Shown: positions 39,604 through 54,282 of the stretch, piece after piece
Layout: every line of letters starts with the position of its first letter
Position numbering within the stretch: position 1 is the first letter of the stretch
Source of the DNA: Octopus vulgaris
Taxonomy: Eukaryota
Direction of reading: 5' to 3'
Assembly (NCBI GenBank): GCA_951406725.2
Contig: OX597838.1
Span: 10,478,001-10,542,000 of the forward strand
DNA length: 64,000 bases
Translations under genes and position numbers: made by a program
The notes under the pieces: generated by a model
Databases searched by the model: none
What the model was told of the DNA's origin: nothing
What the model saw: the letters and a program-made list of their open reading frames with translations, nothing else

Positions 39604-42600
39604 GATGTATACAATACAAAATAGCCCAACTATGGATAATAATGAAGAAGGTGAAGACAGAGCCAATTGTTGGGTCCTTGGGAACAGTATCAGAAGGCAT
39701 CAAGAGGAATATAAAGGAAATTGGAATAAAGTGCCCAGAAGAACTGTTACAAAAGGCCTGCCTCCTTCACACTACCAGAATAATCAGGAGAGTATTAGAC
39801 AGTTAAAAAGAATAGATAGTGTGGTACCATAGGCTGCTGCAGGTAGTAATCCTGCTATGCATGCAAAACTCCAAAAGTTCCAACAAAACCAGAGTTGTTA
39901 ATAATAATAATAATAATAATAAATAGATGTATACAATACAAAATAGCCCAACTATGGATAATAATGAAGAAGGTGAAGAGAGTGCCAATTATCGTTGGGT
40001 CTTTGGGAACAGAATCAGAAGGCATCAAGAGGAATATAAAGGAAATTGGAATAAAGAGCCCAATAGAACTGTTACAAAAGGCCTGCCTCCTTCACACTAC
40101 CAGAATAATCAGGAGAGTATTAGACAGTTAAAAATATAGAAAATACACCTTTTGTGACAGTTATAACAAAATTGCTTTCTTAAATTAGAGTAATTTGGTG
40201 TTTCAATAGAACATTTTTACCCCCCAGGTAGCAGTTCTTTTACCTTTTTTTTAATCCTTTAGTTAAGAAGAAAAACAGTGCTAATGTTCCTTTCCAGGAC
40301 TCAGAAACTGGAGAATGGTGGAAAGCATCCTCAAACTGGAGACCTGGGTGGACCAAATACTTGCAAAAGAGTGGACTCCACCAGAGTCGCCCAAGGGCAA
40401 GACAGCGGTGTTAAAAAAATCAGGTGACAGATTAGACAGTAGTGAACAATAAAGACATACAAGATTTTTGTAAAAGATTTCAATTACATAAATAGATCTT
40501 CTTTAACAGTAAAATGGTTGACCCTTTACAAAAAACACGAAACCAGTTTCCATGACAAAATCAAGACACAACGTATGGCCAACAGGTTACAAAAACTATG
40601 TAGTCTAAACAACATAGAAGCAGATATCAAATGTCATAGATAGAATCGTTAATATATGTTGCAGATGAAGAAACATCCATCATACACACAAGACATAGTT
40701 ATGCGGTCAAGCAATAACAACATAGAAACAAATTAGGCGGTGAGAAGGAGGCCGTGAGAAGGAGGCCGTGTAAGTGAACGACTACATTAGTTTGGTAAGA
40801 ACAGGAGACAACTCCAGACAGCAAAAGATACTCTTTGCTAAAGACATCTAACGAGGCCAGGAGTTGTTTCCCATAATTGTCTAAATAATTCAAGGAAAAG
40901 GAGACAAGTAGAAGTGGTGGTGATGGTGGTGCCATTAATAAACGGTTGGCAGAGACCACTGAGGACATAACAGGACGATACAATGTGGTATAATATGAAA
41001 GAGTGCATGAAATGGAGAATGACAGTAACAAACAGTAAATTCCAAACAAAGAATAATTCCTAAAAAGTATGAGACATCCTCGTGGAAACACCACAGAGCT
41101 GTGGTCACAAGACATAATCATGTAAGTACCTATTTCTTTATTGCCCACAAGGGGCTAAACATAGAGGGGACAAATAAGGACAGACAAACGGATTAAGTCG
41201 ATTACATTGACCCCAGTGCGTAACTGGTACTTATTTAATCGACCCCGAAAGGATGAAAGGCAAAGTCGACCTCGGCGGAATTTGAACTCAGAACGTAGCA
41301 GCGGACGAAATACCGCTTAGCATTTCGCCCGACGTGCTAACGATTCTGCCAGCTCGCCGCCTTCCTCATTGTCCTTCTTTGGTCGACAGGTGCATGCCCT
41401 GTGAAGGCCCATTCACTCACACCATGAAAAAGAGAGATAAAGGGATCTATTACTTACCATTCCTTTATACATGAGAGATCAGACGTAATTCTAGCCTTGT
41501 AATATCCAACCCATGTGTGGGTGAGGCCTTTGGGGATGTAGTTGTGAACATTGGCTGTGTTGATAACTTTGTGTAAACTTTGCAGAGCTGACCTGGAACA
41601 AAACGGAGACAAGTTTAAAGACATCTGTGGTGGTGAGTTACTGTCCTTTAAAAGTATCCAGCTATTAGAATAAGATTATTAAGGGCCCTATTCAAAGACC
41701 CCTTCGAGTGAACTGTATGAAAAAAGATGTGATTTGAGTAAAGCTAATCTATAAGAATAAATGTGAAATTCTGTCTGTTCGTCCATCAAGGATCTCTGTA
41801 TCTCAGTCAACATTTGCTCTACATAGACATATTGTACCTTTTCGGGATCAGGATGATCCTGGGATTGAAAATCTGGCCCTCATTTGGTTCTTGAACATCC
41901 AGCATTGGGATCAAGTTTGGACGAAGATTAGTTATATGCTGACAGTTGAAAATTCAGATTTTAAAAGAACTCGAAAAGTGGCAGGACATTGCCAAAGAAG
42001 CGTGATTCGATAGTGGGGAGGAGAATGCAGGGAGTGGTGAAAACCTGGGTATATAGAGGGGGGTGGGGTGGAGGTCTACCGGATAGCAATGATACAGAGA
42101 AACAGGGTAGTGAGGACAGGATTGAGGAATGGGAGGTAAGCTCAATGCATGATGGGGGAAATGTGAGGAAGAGATGTAGTTTGGTTTGTTGGGGTAGGCT
42201 GTGGTGAAAAGTTTTCTTGTTAGGTGCAGGTGGAACACTGTTTCTAGAACTCAGTTTCGCTGACATGGGTGGGTCTTCTCAAGAACTTGATAGAGTACCT
42301 GTCCAAGTGCCGGGATCAGCTTTCTCTCTCAAATCGTTTTCCTTAGACCTAGATAGAGATGGGTTGTACCAGGTTTAAAGCATGTTAGTCATGGCAGTGC
42401 CTCTACAACTCCATTAGGCACTGACACCCAAGGAAAGTAGAATTTTCTTTTACATATATCCCTACATAGACACACACACACGTTTTTATTGTAACTGAAC
42501 ATAAAATAAACATTATTCTTTTATTCTTTTATTTGTTTCAGTCATTTGACTGCAGCCATGCTGGAGCACTGCCTTTAAGGGTTTTTTTAGGCAAACAAAT

Positions 42601-45600
42601 TGACCCCAGGATTTATTTGTTAAGCTTCGTACTTATTCTATTGGTCTCTTTGCCGAATCACTAGGTTACAGGGATGTAAACACACCAACACCAGTTGTCA
42701 AGCAGTGGTGGAGGGGCATACACAGACAGTGACATACACACCTCTAATTTAATATAATATATATATATATATATATATATCAAAGGGCAAGACTGCTAGG
42801 TAGTCGGCCGTATGCTAGAAATAGATCACCAACGATCAAACTACAAAGAATGTTCTCTAGAGGAAAATTCAGCGAACACCAGAACAAATTAGGCGGGCAA
42901 GACAGATGAAAATTATATAAAAAAACAGAATTAATCCCATACCGGCGGTTTCAACTCTTAACAAAAGAATTACTTACATAATCCAAATGTCCGTAGTTTC
43001 GTCAGTGCGATCATTCCGACAAATGTAATTTGCAAAACTAACCCCAGCTTTCTGTGCCAAAACAGACATGTGTTTAGTTTTACCGATTACATTAGGGATA
43101 ATTTCAAATGTCTTAGTTCTGGCACGCTAAAAATTCCTGAAGCGAAGAACTGCAGTAAATAATTTACTGCGGTTAGTGCTGGCTACTAGAGAACGTATTT
43201 ATTTCAATAGACCTAGCGGTCTTACCCTTTGAATATACACATGTATTATAATTTTCTCTGATTTTTCAGATTTTTATATGCTAGGCTACTGGTTTTAAAT
43301 TAATATTAATTTATCTCCCTCATTATTTAAATATTGAAATAAATACGTTCTCTAGTAGCCAGCACTAACCGCAGTAAATTATTTACTGCAGTTCTTCGCT
43401 TCAGGAATTTTTAGCGTGCCAGAACTAAGACATTTGAAATTATCCCTAATGTAATCGGTAAAACTAAACACATGTTTGTTTTGGCACAGAAAGCTGGGGT
43501 TAGTTTTGCAAAATTACATTTGTCGGAATGATCGCACTGACGAAACTACGGACATTTGGATTATGTAAGTAATTCTTTTGTTAAGAGTTGAAACCGCCGG
43601 TATGGGATTAATTCTGTTTTTTTATATAATTTTCATCTGTCTTGCCCGCCTAATTTGTTCTGGTGTTCGCTGAATTTTCCTCTAGAGAACATTCTTTGTA
43701 GTTTGATCGTTGGTGATCTATTTCTAGTATACGGCCGACTACCTAGCAGTCTTGCCCTTTGAATATACACATGTATTAGAATTTTCTCTAATTTTTCAGA
43801 TTTTTGTATGCTACACTACTGGTTTTAAATTAATATTAATTTATCTCCCTCATTATTTAAATATATATATATATATATATGAGAGAAAAGTTGAGCATAA
43901 GAGGAATCAAATGTAGCGTACAAGAAAGAAGACTCTGTTGGTTTGGACGTGTGATGCGTATGAATGAGGACAGCTGCATAAAGAAGTGCTCATTGCTGAA
44001 AGTGAATGGTACCCATAGAAGAGGGAGGCCTAGGAAGACATGGGATGAAGTGGTAAGGACTCATGTCAGGATGTTGGGTCTTCCATAAACAGCCTTGACC
44101 AGACTTATGCCTCAGAGGGTAACTTCCTAGGTGTTATTCCATGGTCGTTCATGACCGGAGGGGGAGGGGGTCTTTACCCATTTTTACCCTATCTTGTAGC
44201 GTCAAGGTCTTGATGATGTGATTGCATATTTTTAGAATGACATTGTAGGGGAGGTGTGAGAGGTTGGATCAGGTCAGTTTTAGCATAAATCACATAGAAT
44301 ATTAGGGATAGTTATGGCTGGACTAAATGCTAAAGGGTTAATTAATACATTTTAATGTCTCTCGACATTGCAATGTTCCATTATCTTCTTTCCTTGTGTG
44401 CATGTGAGCATTGGTGTGTGAATGTGTGTGAATATGTGTGAATGTGTGTCAGATGGTACGGCTGTGAAACAAAACCCTTCACCAAAACAGGTTCAGTGCC
44501 TAGTCTACTGTGCCAAATCCTCAGTATTCGCACAGCCATGCCCAGTCCTCGTTTCTAACGCACTGCCTTGCCTTATATTAATAGACTAGCAGCATAGCCC
44601 GGCGTTGCCCGGGTATGTAAGAGCCCCTAGTAGGCAACGACTAATCCCAATCTAGTCCTTTCCCTCTAGGGAACGAAGGCTCATGTGTAGGTTGCAATGT
44701 CTTCTCTTCACTCCCAAATAATTATCAAACAGCTATCGATAATTCAACCCTGCCAATTTGTGAAAGATATTGTCGAAAATATGTCATCTTGAATTTGAGC
44801 ACGATTTCCCAAAATGGCATGATTTTATCGATTTTTTCTGATGGTAAGGTATTGCATGGAAAACTAACGTCAGAATTAAGTTTCTTAGGGTAACATTAAG
44901 CTTCACCATGAGTTTGGTGAAAATCGATTGCAAGTTGCGAAAACTACAACAGAAAATGTGTTGCATATAAAAAGCTTAGATTCCCGACCCCATGTCGAAT
45001 TTATCAATTTTTTTCAGAACTGGGGGAACTTTTCAAAATATTCGCTCCGTTAGTTTTGAATTATGGCATTGGGCTATGTGTGTGTCAAGTTTTATCAGAA
45101 TCGGTTGAAAGCCTTGGTCAGGGTGAAGGTACAACCTGACAGACACACAGACAGACAAACTGCCGTTTATATATATAGAGAGATATCTGGGTATATAACT
45201 TGTGTTACAATGGAATTTGGAGCTCAAGTAAGAATTACTTTTTGTCTTGGTACTTGTTGGTAAATGAAACTGAAATTTCACAGGAATGAGTGCTTCTTGG
45301 AACTTCCGTGTGCAGAGGATCTGGTTTTCATTGCAGATCCAATTGAAGAACTGCAAGAGAAGTGTGAAAAACACAAATGTTTGAAGGTGAAAATGTTGAA
45401 GCCAAGATGATAATTAGCACTCTTGACCTTCAGGGATCAACAGGTAAGTGACCCCGTAGTAAGAGGAAAAGCATACAGCGACTGAGATTTAGAAAGTAAG
45501 GGAACCTCTGTTTGTGTGTGTGTGTGTGTGTGCACGTGCACGCATCTGTATGAGTGCAGGAAAAATGTGATGAGACCTCCAAGGAGCAAAAAATGCATTC

Positions 45601-46081
45601 ACATATCAAGTGTTAAAAGAATGCAGCTGGTGCAACTGCACAATCAGCAGATATATATATGCACAGCTGTGGCAGTGAGTTTGCTTCCCAGCAACACTGC
45701 TTTGTGTTCAGGTAAAACAACATATGGCACTTTGGGAAAGTGTCTTCTACTATAACCCTGGGCCTACCAAAGCCTTGCGAGTGGATCTAGCAAATGGGAA
45801 CTGAAAGAAGCCTAATGCATATAAATATATATATATCACATATCTATCTATCTGTCTATCTACATCTATCTATATATCTATCTGTCTATCTACATCTATC
45901 TATATATCTATCTGTCTATCTACATCTATCTATCTGTCTATCTATCTGTCTATCTATCTATCTGTCTGTCTATCTATCTGTCTATCTATCTGTCTATCTA
46001 TCTACCTACCTACCTATACACACACATATATATTTACATATTTTTACACACACACACACATACACATATATATATATATAT

Positions 46082-46118
<37 letters not shown>

Positions 46119-49100
46119 CACACATATACATATATGTATATATTATACATATACACATTTATATATACATACACATATATTCACATGTGTGAATTGTAAA
46201 TGAGTGTCAGCACCATGCAAGCTGTGTCCTTTGTTTCTTATCTGTAAAAACCTGTTGAGTTGGGGGGGGGGATATAACCTTATTTGGAAACAGGTGAGGG
46301 TTGACAATGGGAAGGGTATCCGGCTGTAGAAAATCTGCCTCAACGAATTTCATCTGACCCATGCAAGCATGGAAAAGTAGATGTTAAATGATGATGATGA
46401 AGATGATAGAATGATGAAATGAATTAGACAAAAACAAGGCTATGTAGAGCAGGCAAATAATATATACCACCTGGCATTGAGATTCGCTGAATTAATTACT
46501 GTAAAAACCCATGTAATTTGCACAGGTGATTTTTCTAGATAAAAATTTTTATGTAAAATTTGCACCCAAAAGTTTTCAGAATTGCCGATATGGCCAGGGG
46601 GAAAAGGTTTCCAGTTTAGTTGTATTTAGCATAATTTCACTTACTTATGATTAGATTTTATCAAATTTTCATTTAATAAAAATAATTTCTGTTTAACAGG
46701 TATCACATTGAAAGCTATTAAATTACAAAGTGTTTGTGTCGTTTGTAATAAACTTTATTTTACATTTCTTGCCCACAAGAGATTATGTCCGATCTTTAGC
46801 ATATGTCTTCTCAAATTTCGTTGCCGGAACCTTTGATATGGAGTATCGAAATTTTAATCCTTTTCACACTTATAAAATGTCAAGCAAACTTAAAAATTTG
46901 TTTTTACCATTTTAGCTGGGAGACCAAACTGATAGTTTGGTAACCCACTAAAATAAACATTAAAAATCGAAAGGAGAAAATAAACAGCTTTGCAAGTTTA
47001 ACTCGGTGTTTATTGAACAAGAGAGGTGCAAAATTTAAGAAGCAACTTGTTAGAATATACACGTCTGTGAGGAGACATAAACAAGAAGAGCAAAAATCTA
47101 CTATACCAAAAGAACTGGTAATACATACATTACAAGTGTTCTATGGAAAGAACATAAGATTGCTGAATAATTCAACATGAATGTGAAATGACATTAAACA
47201 TTGTATAAGGTAAATGAAGGTTTCTGTAGGAACGCTACGTCATATTCACTTAGTGAGTTTGCATGCGCAAGGATGAATTCTGATGCTGTTGTTGGCGTTA
47301 GAAGCAGTAAAATATGGCCCAGACTGTGATTATCAGCATGAATGTCAAATTTCAGAAAGTAGTTAACCATTTAAATGGTTTTAGTAAATCTATACAATAA
47401 AAGTAAGCATTATACTGTCCAGCATAAATAAGAGTCAACTTCATTATGTTTTTTTCTGTAAAAAACCTATTCTGACATTAAATGAGTCAATTTCCTGTAA
47501 GAATATTTACATTCGTACGTCCTTTCTCAACAAAAAAATATCTAAAATAATTCTGGAAAAGATCTACTCATGTAATTTACGCACCCAGTAAAGTTTAATT
47601 TTGTTTTTGTGAAAAAAGTGCGTAAATTACATGGGTTTTTACGGTAGTCGTAATGGGGGAGATGATATAAATAAAAATAGGGAAAAAAGAGTTGTTCTTT
47701 TTAAAAATCGAAAGGTTAGAGCAGAAATGGGACTAGGAAAGAAAAACCCTCAAAAAAAGATAGAGGAGGGTGAGAAAAAATAAAATATGAAAGGGATGGA
47801 AATATGGTTGGAGAGAAGTGACAACTGCAAAGCCCTTTTCATTCCCTGATAGTTAACAGGATGATGATGATATTTACTATCTCATTTGAGAGTTCCCTTG
47901 GAAAAAAAAGCAGTCTTGGCAATGTTCCCTTGGAAAAAAAAGCAGTCTTGGCAATGTGGTAAGAAGCTTGTTTCTCAATCATGTGGTTACAGGTTCAGAC
48001 CCACTACACAGCACCTTGGGCAATTTGTTTTCTACTGTAGCCTCCAGCTGACCAAAGCCTCATGAGTTGATCTGGCAGACAAAGACTGAAAGAAGCCTGT
48101 CATATACATATATGAGTAGAATTTAGGTTAGTTGAAATATGTTTGTCACATATTTCAACTGCTAAAGGCAAATACACTGCAGTAAACGTGGAGAAAAAAA
48201 ATCTCTCTTATGGTAAAAGGTGTGAAAACACCCCATTCGTTCAGTGTCGCCATATCTCAGGAATCTCAGACATCAATGTTTCAAGTTTTTTGACTCTTGT
48301 CAATGAGATGTACCTAAGAGAGGCAACTCTGAATGAACTTAATAAAGCCATAGCTTTATATATAACTCAGTCAACACATTGACTGATTTGCACTAGTAGA
48401 ATTGGGTGTTTTCACACTTTTTTTTTTGTTTCCTGGTTTCCATTGCATATATATATTCCTCACCTGGACAGGACACCAGTCCATCACAGGGTAACTCATT
48501 TTTGCCAGCTGAGTGGACTGGAGTAAAGTGGCTCAAGAACACAGTCCATTGCCCAGCTGAGGAATTGAAACTACAATCTTACAGTCATGAGTCCAACATC
48601 CTAACCCCCAAGTCACGCACCTCCACAACCAGTCTTCAGCAAAACAACGAGTGCTAATAATTTCTTTCAGTGGCATGATACCATAAAATGGTAAGGTGGG
48701 TTTATTTCATTAATCCACATATTCCAATTAAATTTGGAGGCTAAGAGGATACAATATTAAGAACAGGAATTTGGAACAGAAAATATAAGAGGGGGGGGGG
48801 ATGTCATTAAAATCCAATGTCTATATTAGGTGGTAATCTTCTGTGGAAGTATGCAAGAAGAATGCTTTGTTATAGGTACTTAATATCTCATAGGTATGAA
48901 AGAGAAAATTGGTGTTGGATGGATTTAAATATTGACCATGAAAGTAAATACTGGTTGTACCATGACCAGTACTAATGGGTGTTAATAGAATCAGTTGATG
49001 CAATAAAACACATAATACACACACACACACACATATATTGTACACAGAGATGGAATGAATAAGACCTACGTACCACATGGCTTGTACTGAAACTGGCTTG

Positions 49101-49478
49101 AAGAGATAATCTGCGCCTTCAGAATTGACACCAAAACCTCTGAAATAAACACCAAAACCAGAATGTGTGTGAATTTAAAAAAAGTATATTGTTGGAAATA
49201 TAAGATATAAATCAAATGTCAAGAGGCAGAGATCAGATACATACATGCATATATATATATATTTCTTCTTTTACTTGTTTCAGTCATTTGACTGCGGCCA
49301 TGCTGGAGCACTGCCTTTAGTCGAGCAAATCGAGCCCGGGACTTATTCTTTGTAAGCCCAGTACTTTTTCTATCGGTCTCTTTTGCCGAACCGCTAAGTG
49401 ACGGGGACGTAAACACACCAGAATCGGTTGTCAAACAATGCTAGGGGGACAAACACAGACATACACACACACACACAC

Positions 49479-49528
<50 letters not shown>

Positions 49529-52500
49529 CATATATACGACAGGCTTCTTTCAGTTTCCGTCTACCAAATCCACTTACATGGCATTGGTCGGCCCGGGGCT
49601 ATAGCAGAAGACACTTGCCCAAGATGCCATGCAGTGGGACTGAACCCAGAACCATGTGGTTGGTTAGCAAGCTACTTACCACACAGCCATTCATTATTTT
49701 AACACACACATTTCTATGCCAGAGTAAATTGACTGAGGAAGCAATATACTGAATCATAACTCTTCTTCATTTAGAAGTAAAGACACCCTCTACAGACATC
49801 ATCATAGCAACCATACAACAAGTGTTGTCAGTTCTCGTAACACCAAACCAGGCTGCAGACACACACACACAGCTGAGAGAAAGGGAAAGCAAAACACTTA
49901 CCCATCACCATCCAGTGTAATTTTGCTGTTTGCCCATATTGGAAGGACAAGACCAATGCTAGCTTCCTTATCCTTCATGTCTATGCCCAGCATGATTGAC
50001 TCTTCTGTATCAAGTTTTCCGATGCAGCACACGACGACCATGTAGCGAGATGCTAAAGGGATCTCGTAGGCACTTTCCAATTTGACAGCCTTAGGGAAAG
50101 AAAAAAGGAGTTAAAGGAAAATAAATACAAAGAATAAAACAAGCGTGATCATTCGATTTAGAGTCGATAATGATAACAATTGGTGGCCACTTTTTGGAGA
50201 ATCTTATAATAATTCTGCCTGTCATTACATTAATTAGCCTGTCAGTAATTGTTTCATGTGATTAGAGAAAAAGAGGGAGAAAGAAAAGAGGGAGAGAAGA
50301 AAGAGGGAGAAAGAAAAGAGGGAGAAAGAAAAGAGGGAGAGAGAAAAGAGGGAGAGAGAAAAGAGGGAGAGAGAAAAGAGGGAGAGAGAAAAGAGGGAGA
50401 GAGAACAGAGGGAGAGAGAAAAGAGGGAGAGAGAAAAGAGGGAGAGAGAAAAGAGGGAGAGAAAAGAGGGAGAGAGAAAAGAGGGAGAAAGAAGCGTTCA
50501 TGATGTGAGGTAGAGGGAATGTGATTGTAATGCTGTCATGTGATTAGTTGAAGGGAAAGAGAAAAGAAAGAAAAAGGAGAGAGAAAAAGAGGATAAGGCA
50601 AAGAGTGTGGCAGAAAGAGGAAGAGAGAAGAAGAGAGCGTCCATGACATGTGGTAGGGGGAATGTAATATTTATTATGTGGTTAAAAAACGTTAGTTAGA
50701 AAGTAGTGATATAGAGAAACAGTTAGAAATATAATTTTAGCAGAGGGGTGACGTTCTGATGGTGAGGTTAAAGAGAGGCAGAGAGAGGGGGAGGTGGGAG
50801 AGAGAGAGAGATGATGGTGGTTGTGGGGGATATGCGTGGATAGTGAAAAGTGTTTTTTTTTTAATAGAACTAAGTTTTTTAATCACCTATCACTTAACAC
50901 ATGCACATAAGTGCAATTCCATGAAATATTTATGCTTATTTACATGACAGATATATGCAATTTAGCTAAAGGTTGCATCATATTGTATGGAAAAAATAAG
51001 AGTCGATATTTATTTTATGAGTGTTGTGTATTAAGTCTATAAAATTGTGCATAAATTATATAAAGTGTATATACAAAGTGCATTAAGTAATCATCGTATT
51101 CCAATTCCTTTCACTTTTCAATGGGTAGTAGATAAGTGACTATTTTTCCATACAGATACAAGAGAGTCTACGCTTTCAGGATTTGGGGATAAAGTTTTCA
51201 GAAATAACCCAATAGGTTTATCATTATTTCCATGAAATATTCACGGGTCCCATAGGAGCATTGAGATATATTCTAGAAATTGTGACACCTGAATACATCA
51301 CAGAACACACTAATTGAAATGTAATGTTGTAAAAGTGAGACAAATAGTCTAGGAAAAACCCAAACAACTAATATTGCTTTAATAATAAGCTTCCTTTTGT
51401 AACAAACACGTAGACATGTGATTACAATTTACTGTGAGAGAGAGAGAGAGGGGGAGGAAGAAGAGAAGGCGCAGGAGAGAGGAGAGAGAGAGAGAGAGAG
51501 AGAAATTGATAATTGAAATATTTATAACAATGAGTCTTGACAATGAATCGCCTCAGAGTTGTCTCCCATATTTTCAGAACAAATTACAATGGATTGATTG
51601 AAACAGATAACAAGCAAAAGATAAAACTACTACTACGATGTCTGTTGTTTGTATTGCTCCTGTGGTGCTGATACCGTGACAATACCAGAGACGTTTATAT
51701 TTCAAAGGCCCACTTAGCCAAGCTATAAAATAGGTCCTCTTGCAGAAACAACACAGATCAGAGAAATTCTGTTACCCTACATTTTTGTCTTCATCAGCTT
51801 CAGAGAAGAGAAAGTGATGAGCTGGTGTGTACAAACTCTGTTACAGACACAGCACCAACATTCCAGATATTCATGGTCTGGAAGCTCTGGCTCTAATTTA
51901 TGGGCAGAAACGTCAAATTTCCATGGCTGCCAGAATAGTTCTCTGGACGGCCCCGTTTCACAATACTTTACATCATCATCATCATCATTGTTTAACGTCT
52001 GTTTTCCATGCTAGCATGGGCTGGACAGTTCAACCAGGGTCTGGGAAGCCAGGAGGCTGCACCAGGCTCCAGTCTGATCTGGCAGAGTTTCTACAGCTGG
52101 ATGCCCTTCCTAACGCCAACCACTCAATTTAAACGTTGAATAGCTATGAGGGGTCCACCAGAATAGAATAGCAATCAAAAGGGTCCATAGATACAAAAAA
52201 CAAAATGGTTGAGAACCCTTGGATAACGTGAGTGGAATTGAATTTTGGTTTGAACATTTGTATATTGATGGCTGAAGATGAGTAGTGGGTGGGGATGAAG
52301 AACTGTGGAACATACCACTTTGATAGTATCTTCTGGCCGTAAGAGATAAATCATCTGTTGAAGATGTTGTTGAATGTCCCCTGAAAAGAGAGAGAAAAAT
52401 ATATAAAAATAACATATATATATATATATTCAAGGCAGTGCCACAGAATGGCCACAGTCAAATGACCAAAACAAATAAAAGATATATTTATATATTTACA

Positions 52501-54231
52501 TACATATATATAATATTCTTTAACAAGAATATCATTGATAGGGACTTCGAAGTTTCAGCCAGTTAAGCTATCATCAGACTGCAGTCTAATGATGGCTAAA
52601 CTGGCCAAAAAATTCAAAGTTACTGTCAAGTTTGTGTGTGTGTGTGGTGGTGGTGGGGGGGTTAGGGGTCATTGAGCTTGGTTGCGAGGTATTGGTTTTT
52701 GTGGTTGACCTCTCTGATGGTTTTCCTGCTGGTGCTGTTGTTACACCTGCCACTACCACCATTGTTGCTATTTTTGCTGCTTTCTCTGTTGTTGGTGGTG
52801 ATCTTTCTACAGCTGGTGCTCTTTTTTTTTTTCCCCAGCCTTGGAGTTGGTGTCATCAGAAGTCCATGGACCCCTGTACCGTTTTGCTGAGGTACAGCAT
52901 ACTTGTAGGTGCGTTGCTTCCCCACAAGTGAAGGAATGAGGCCTTCTGCCCTTGGCGATCAAAAGTAATTTCTTCCCGTCCTTGAAGCAGACATAGTCTG
53001 GGATTTTCACCAAGTCTTGTGGTTTTATTTGGATTAAAATTTCCAAATCTATCTCAACCCAGTCTTCTCTTTGTGTCCGTTGGACTTTTAGGAGGAGGGT
53101 GTCACTGCCCTCCATGATCATGCATTCCATGATCCACCATATGTCGATACCTGGAGTTATTCCAGGGACTCGAACTTTTATTGTTCTTCTGTCCATGTGG
53201 AACTGGTACACTATAAGCTGGTCAGTTTTACGAAGTCCCACTGAATACTTCATGGCCAGCTCTTCTGTTTTAAAAAGGACCGAGATGGAACCAAAATTTC
53301 AGGCCCTTTGAATGAATTCGACATCCTTTCTGGTTGATCTCAGTGCCATCTCCTAAAGGTGGGAGGGTTGTTCTGCTTTTTGAAACTGCACCGAGACGCA
53401 CTTATACTTTACTGTCCTCTTCTCAATTTCTACCTCCACTTAGGTTGGGATTGCAAGGTTTGCCCAGGTTTTTTCTCTTTTTGAGGGCCACGGCTAACAA
53501 CTTTTTTTTTTTTGGAGATGTCTATCTCATGGTACTTTTGTTGGCATTTTGCAGCTGCTGCTGCAAAAGTACTTGTTCTGCTCTCACTGTTGATGGTGGT
53601 GGTAGTGGAATCATTCACGTTGTTACTTCCAAATATGCCCACCTCTCTGCTGCTGGTGTTGACGTTGCTATTGGTTGTTCTCATTGATGTTTTTGTTGTC
53701 GTTTTCCATTCTGTTATTGCTTTCTGTTAGGCTCCTCTGCTCCGTATTGTCAAAGTTGTTATTTTCTGTGTGTTTATCAGTTACCAGGGTATTTTCCACA
53801 TTATTTCTCTTTGGGGAGCTGAGAGTTACATTTTATTGCTTTTCTCTGTCGTAATACTTCTTTGTTCCTTGCAGGTAATTTTATTGCTGTCCATAGAGTC
53901 TGTGGTGTTTTTGGGTTTGTTATCAGTTTTGTCCTCGAAATTGTTACCGGTGTCTGCAAAAATTACATGTCTGTGACTTTTCCTGCTGTCACAAACTAGT
54001 TTGTTTTGTATTAGAAAGTTACGCTCTCCATGCCGTTTTTTGCTTGCAAACATGTAAACGTTTTGCAAATACTTATATTTGGGCAAAAGGCCCAAATATT
54101 ATTTAGTTCTTTTTTCTGGGGACAACGACTATTGTCTTATGTCCCCTTTTGAATAGTAATATTAACAAAGACAGTAGTTTTGATAAGAAAATTTCAAGCT
54201 TCCACCGATGTTCTAGCCTTCCAATCGGAAG

Positions 54232-54282
<51 letters not shown>

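Noticed and set aside
40280-41120. Possible decayed retroelement coding sequence
   Set aside because: No motif I can identify with confidence; many stops.
50249-50503. EGERK-repeat ORF
   Set aside because: Translation of the 15-bp polypurine tandem repeat; antisense within an SSH intron.
51781-51960. Possible additional SSH exon
   Set aside because: Exons 52316-52380 and 49902-50089 already join seamlessly (TIKV|AVKLES); no good splice pair here.
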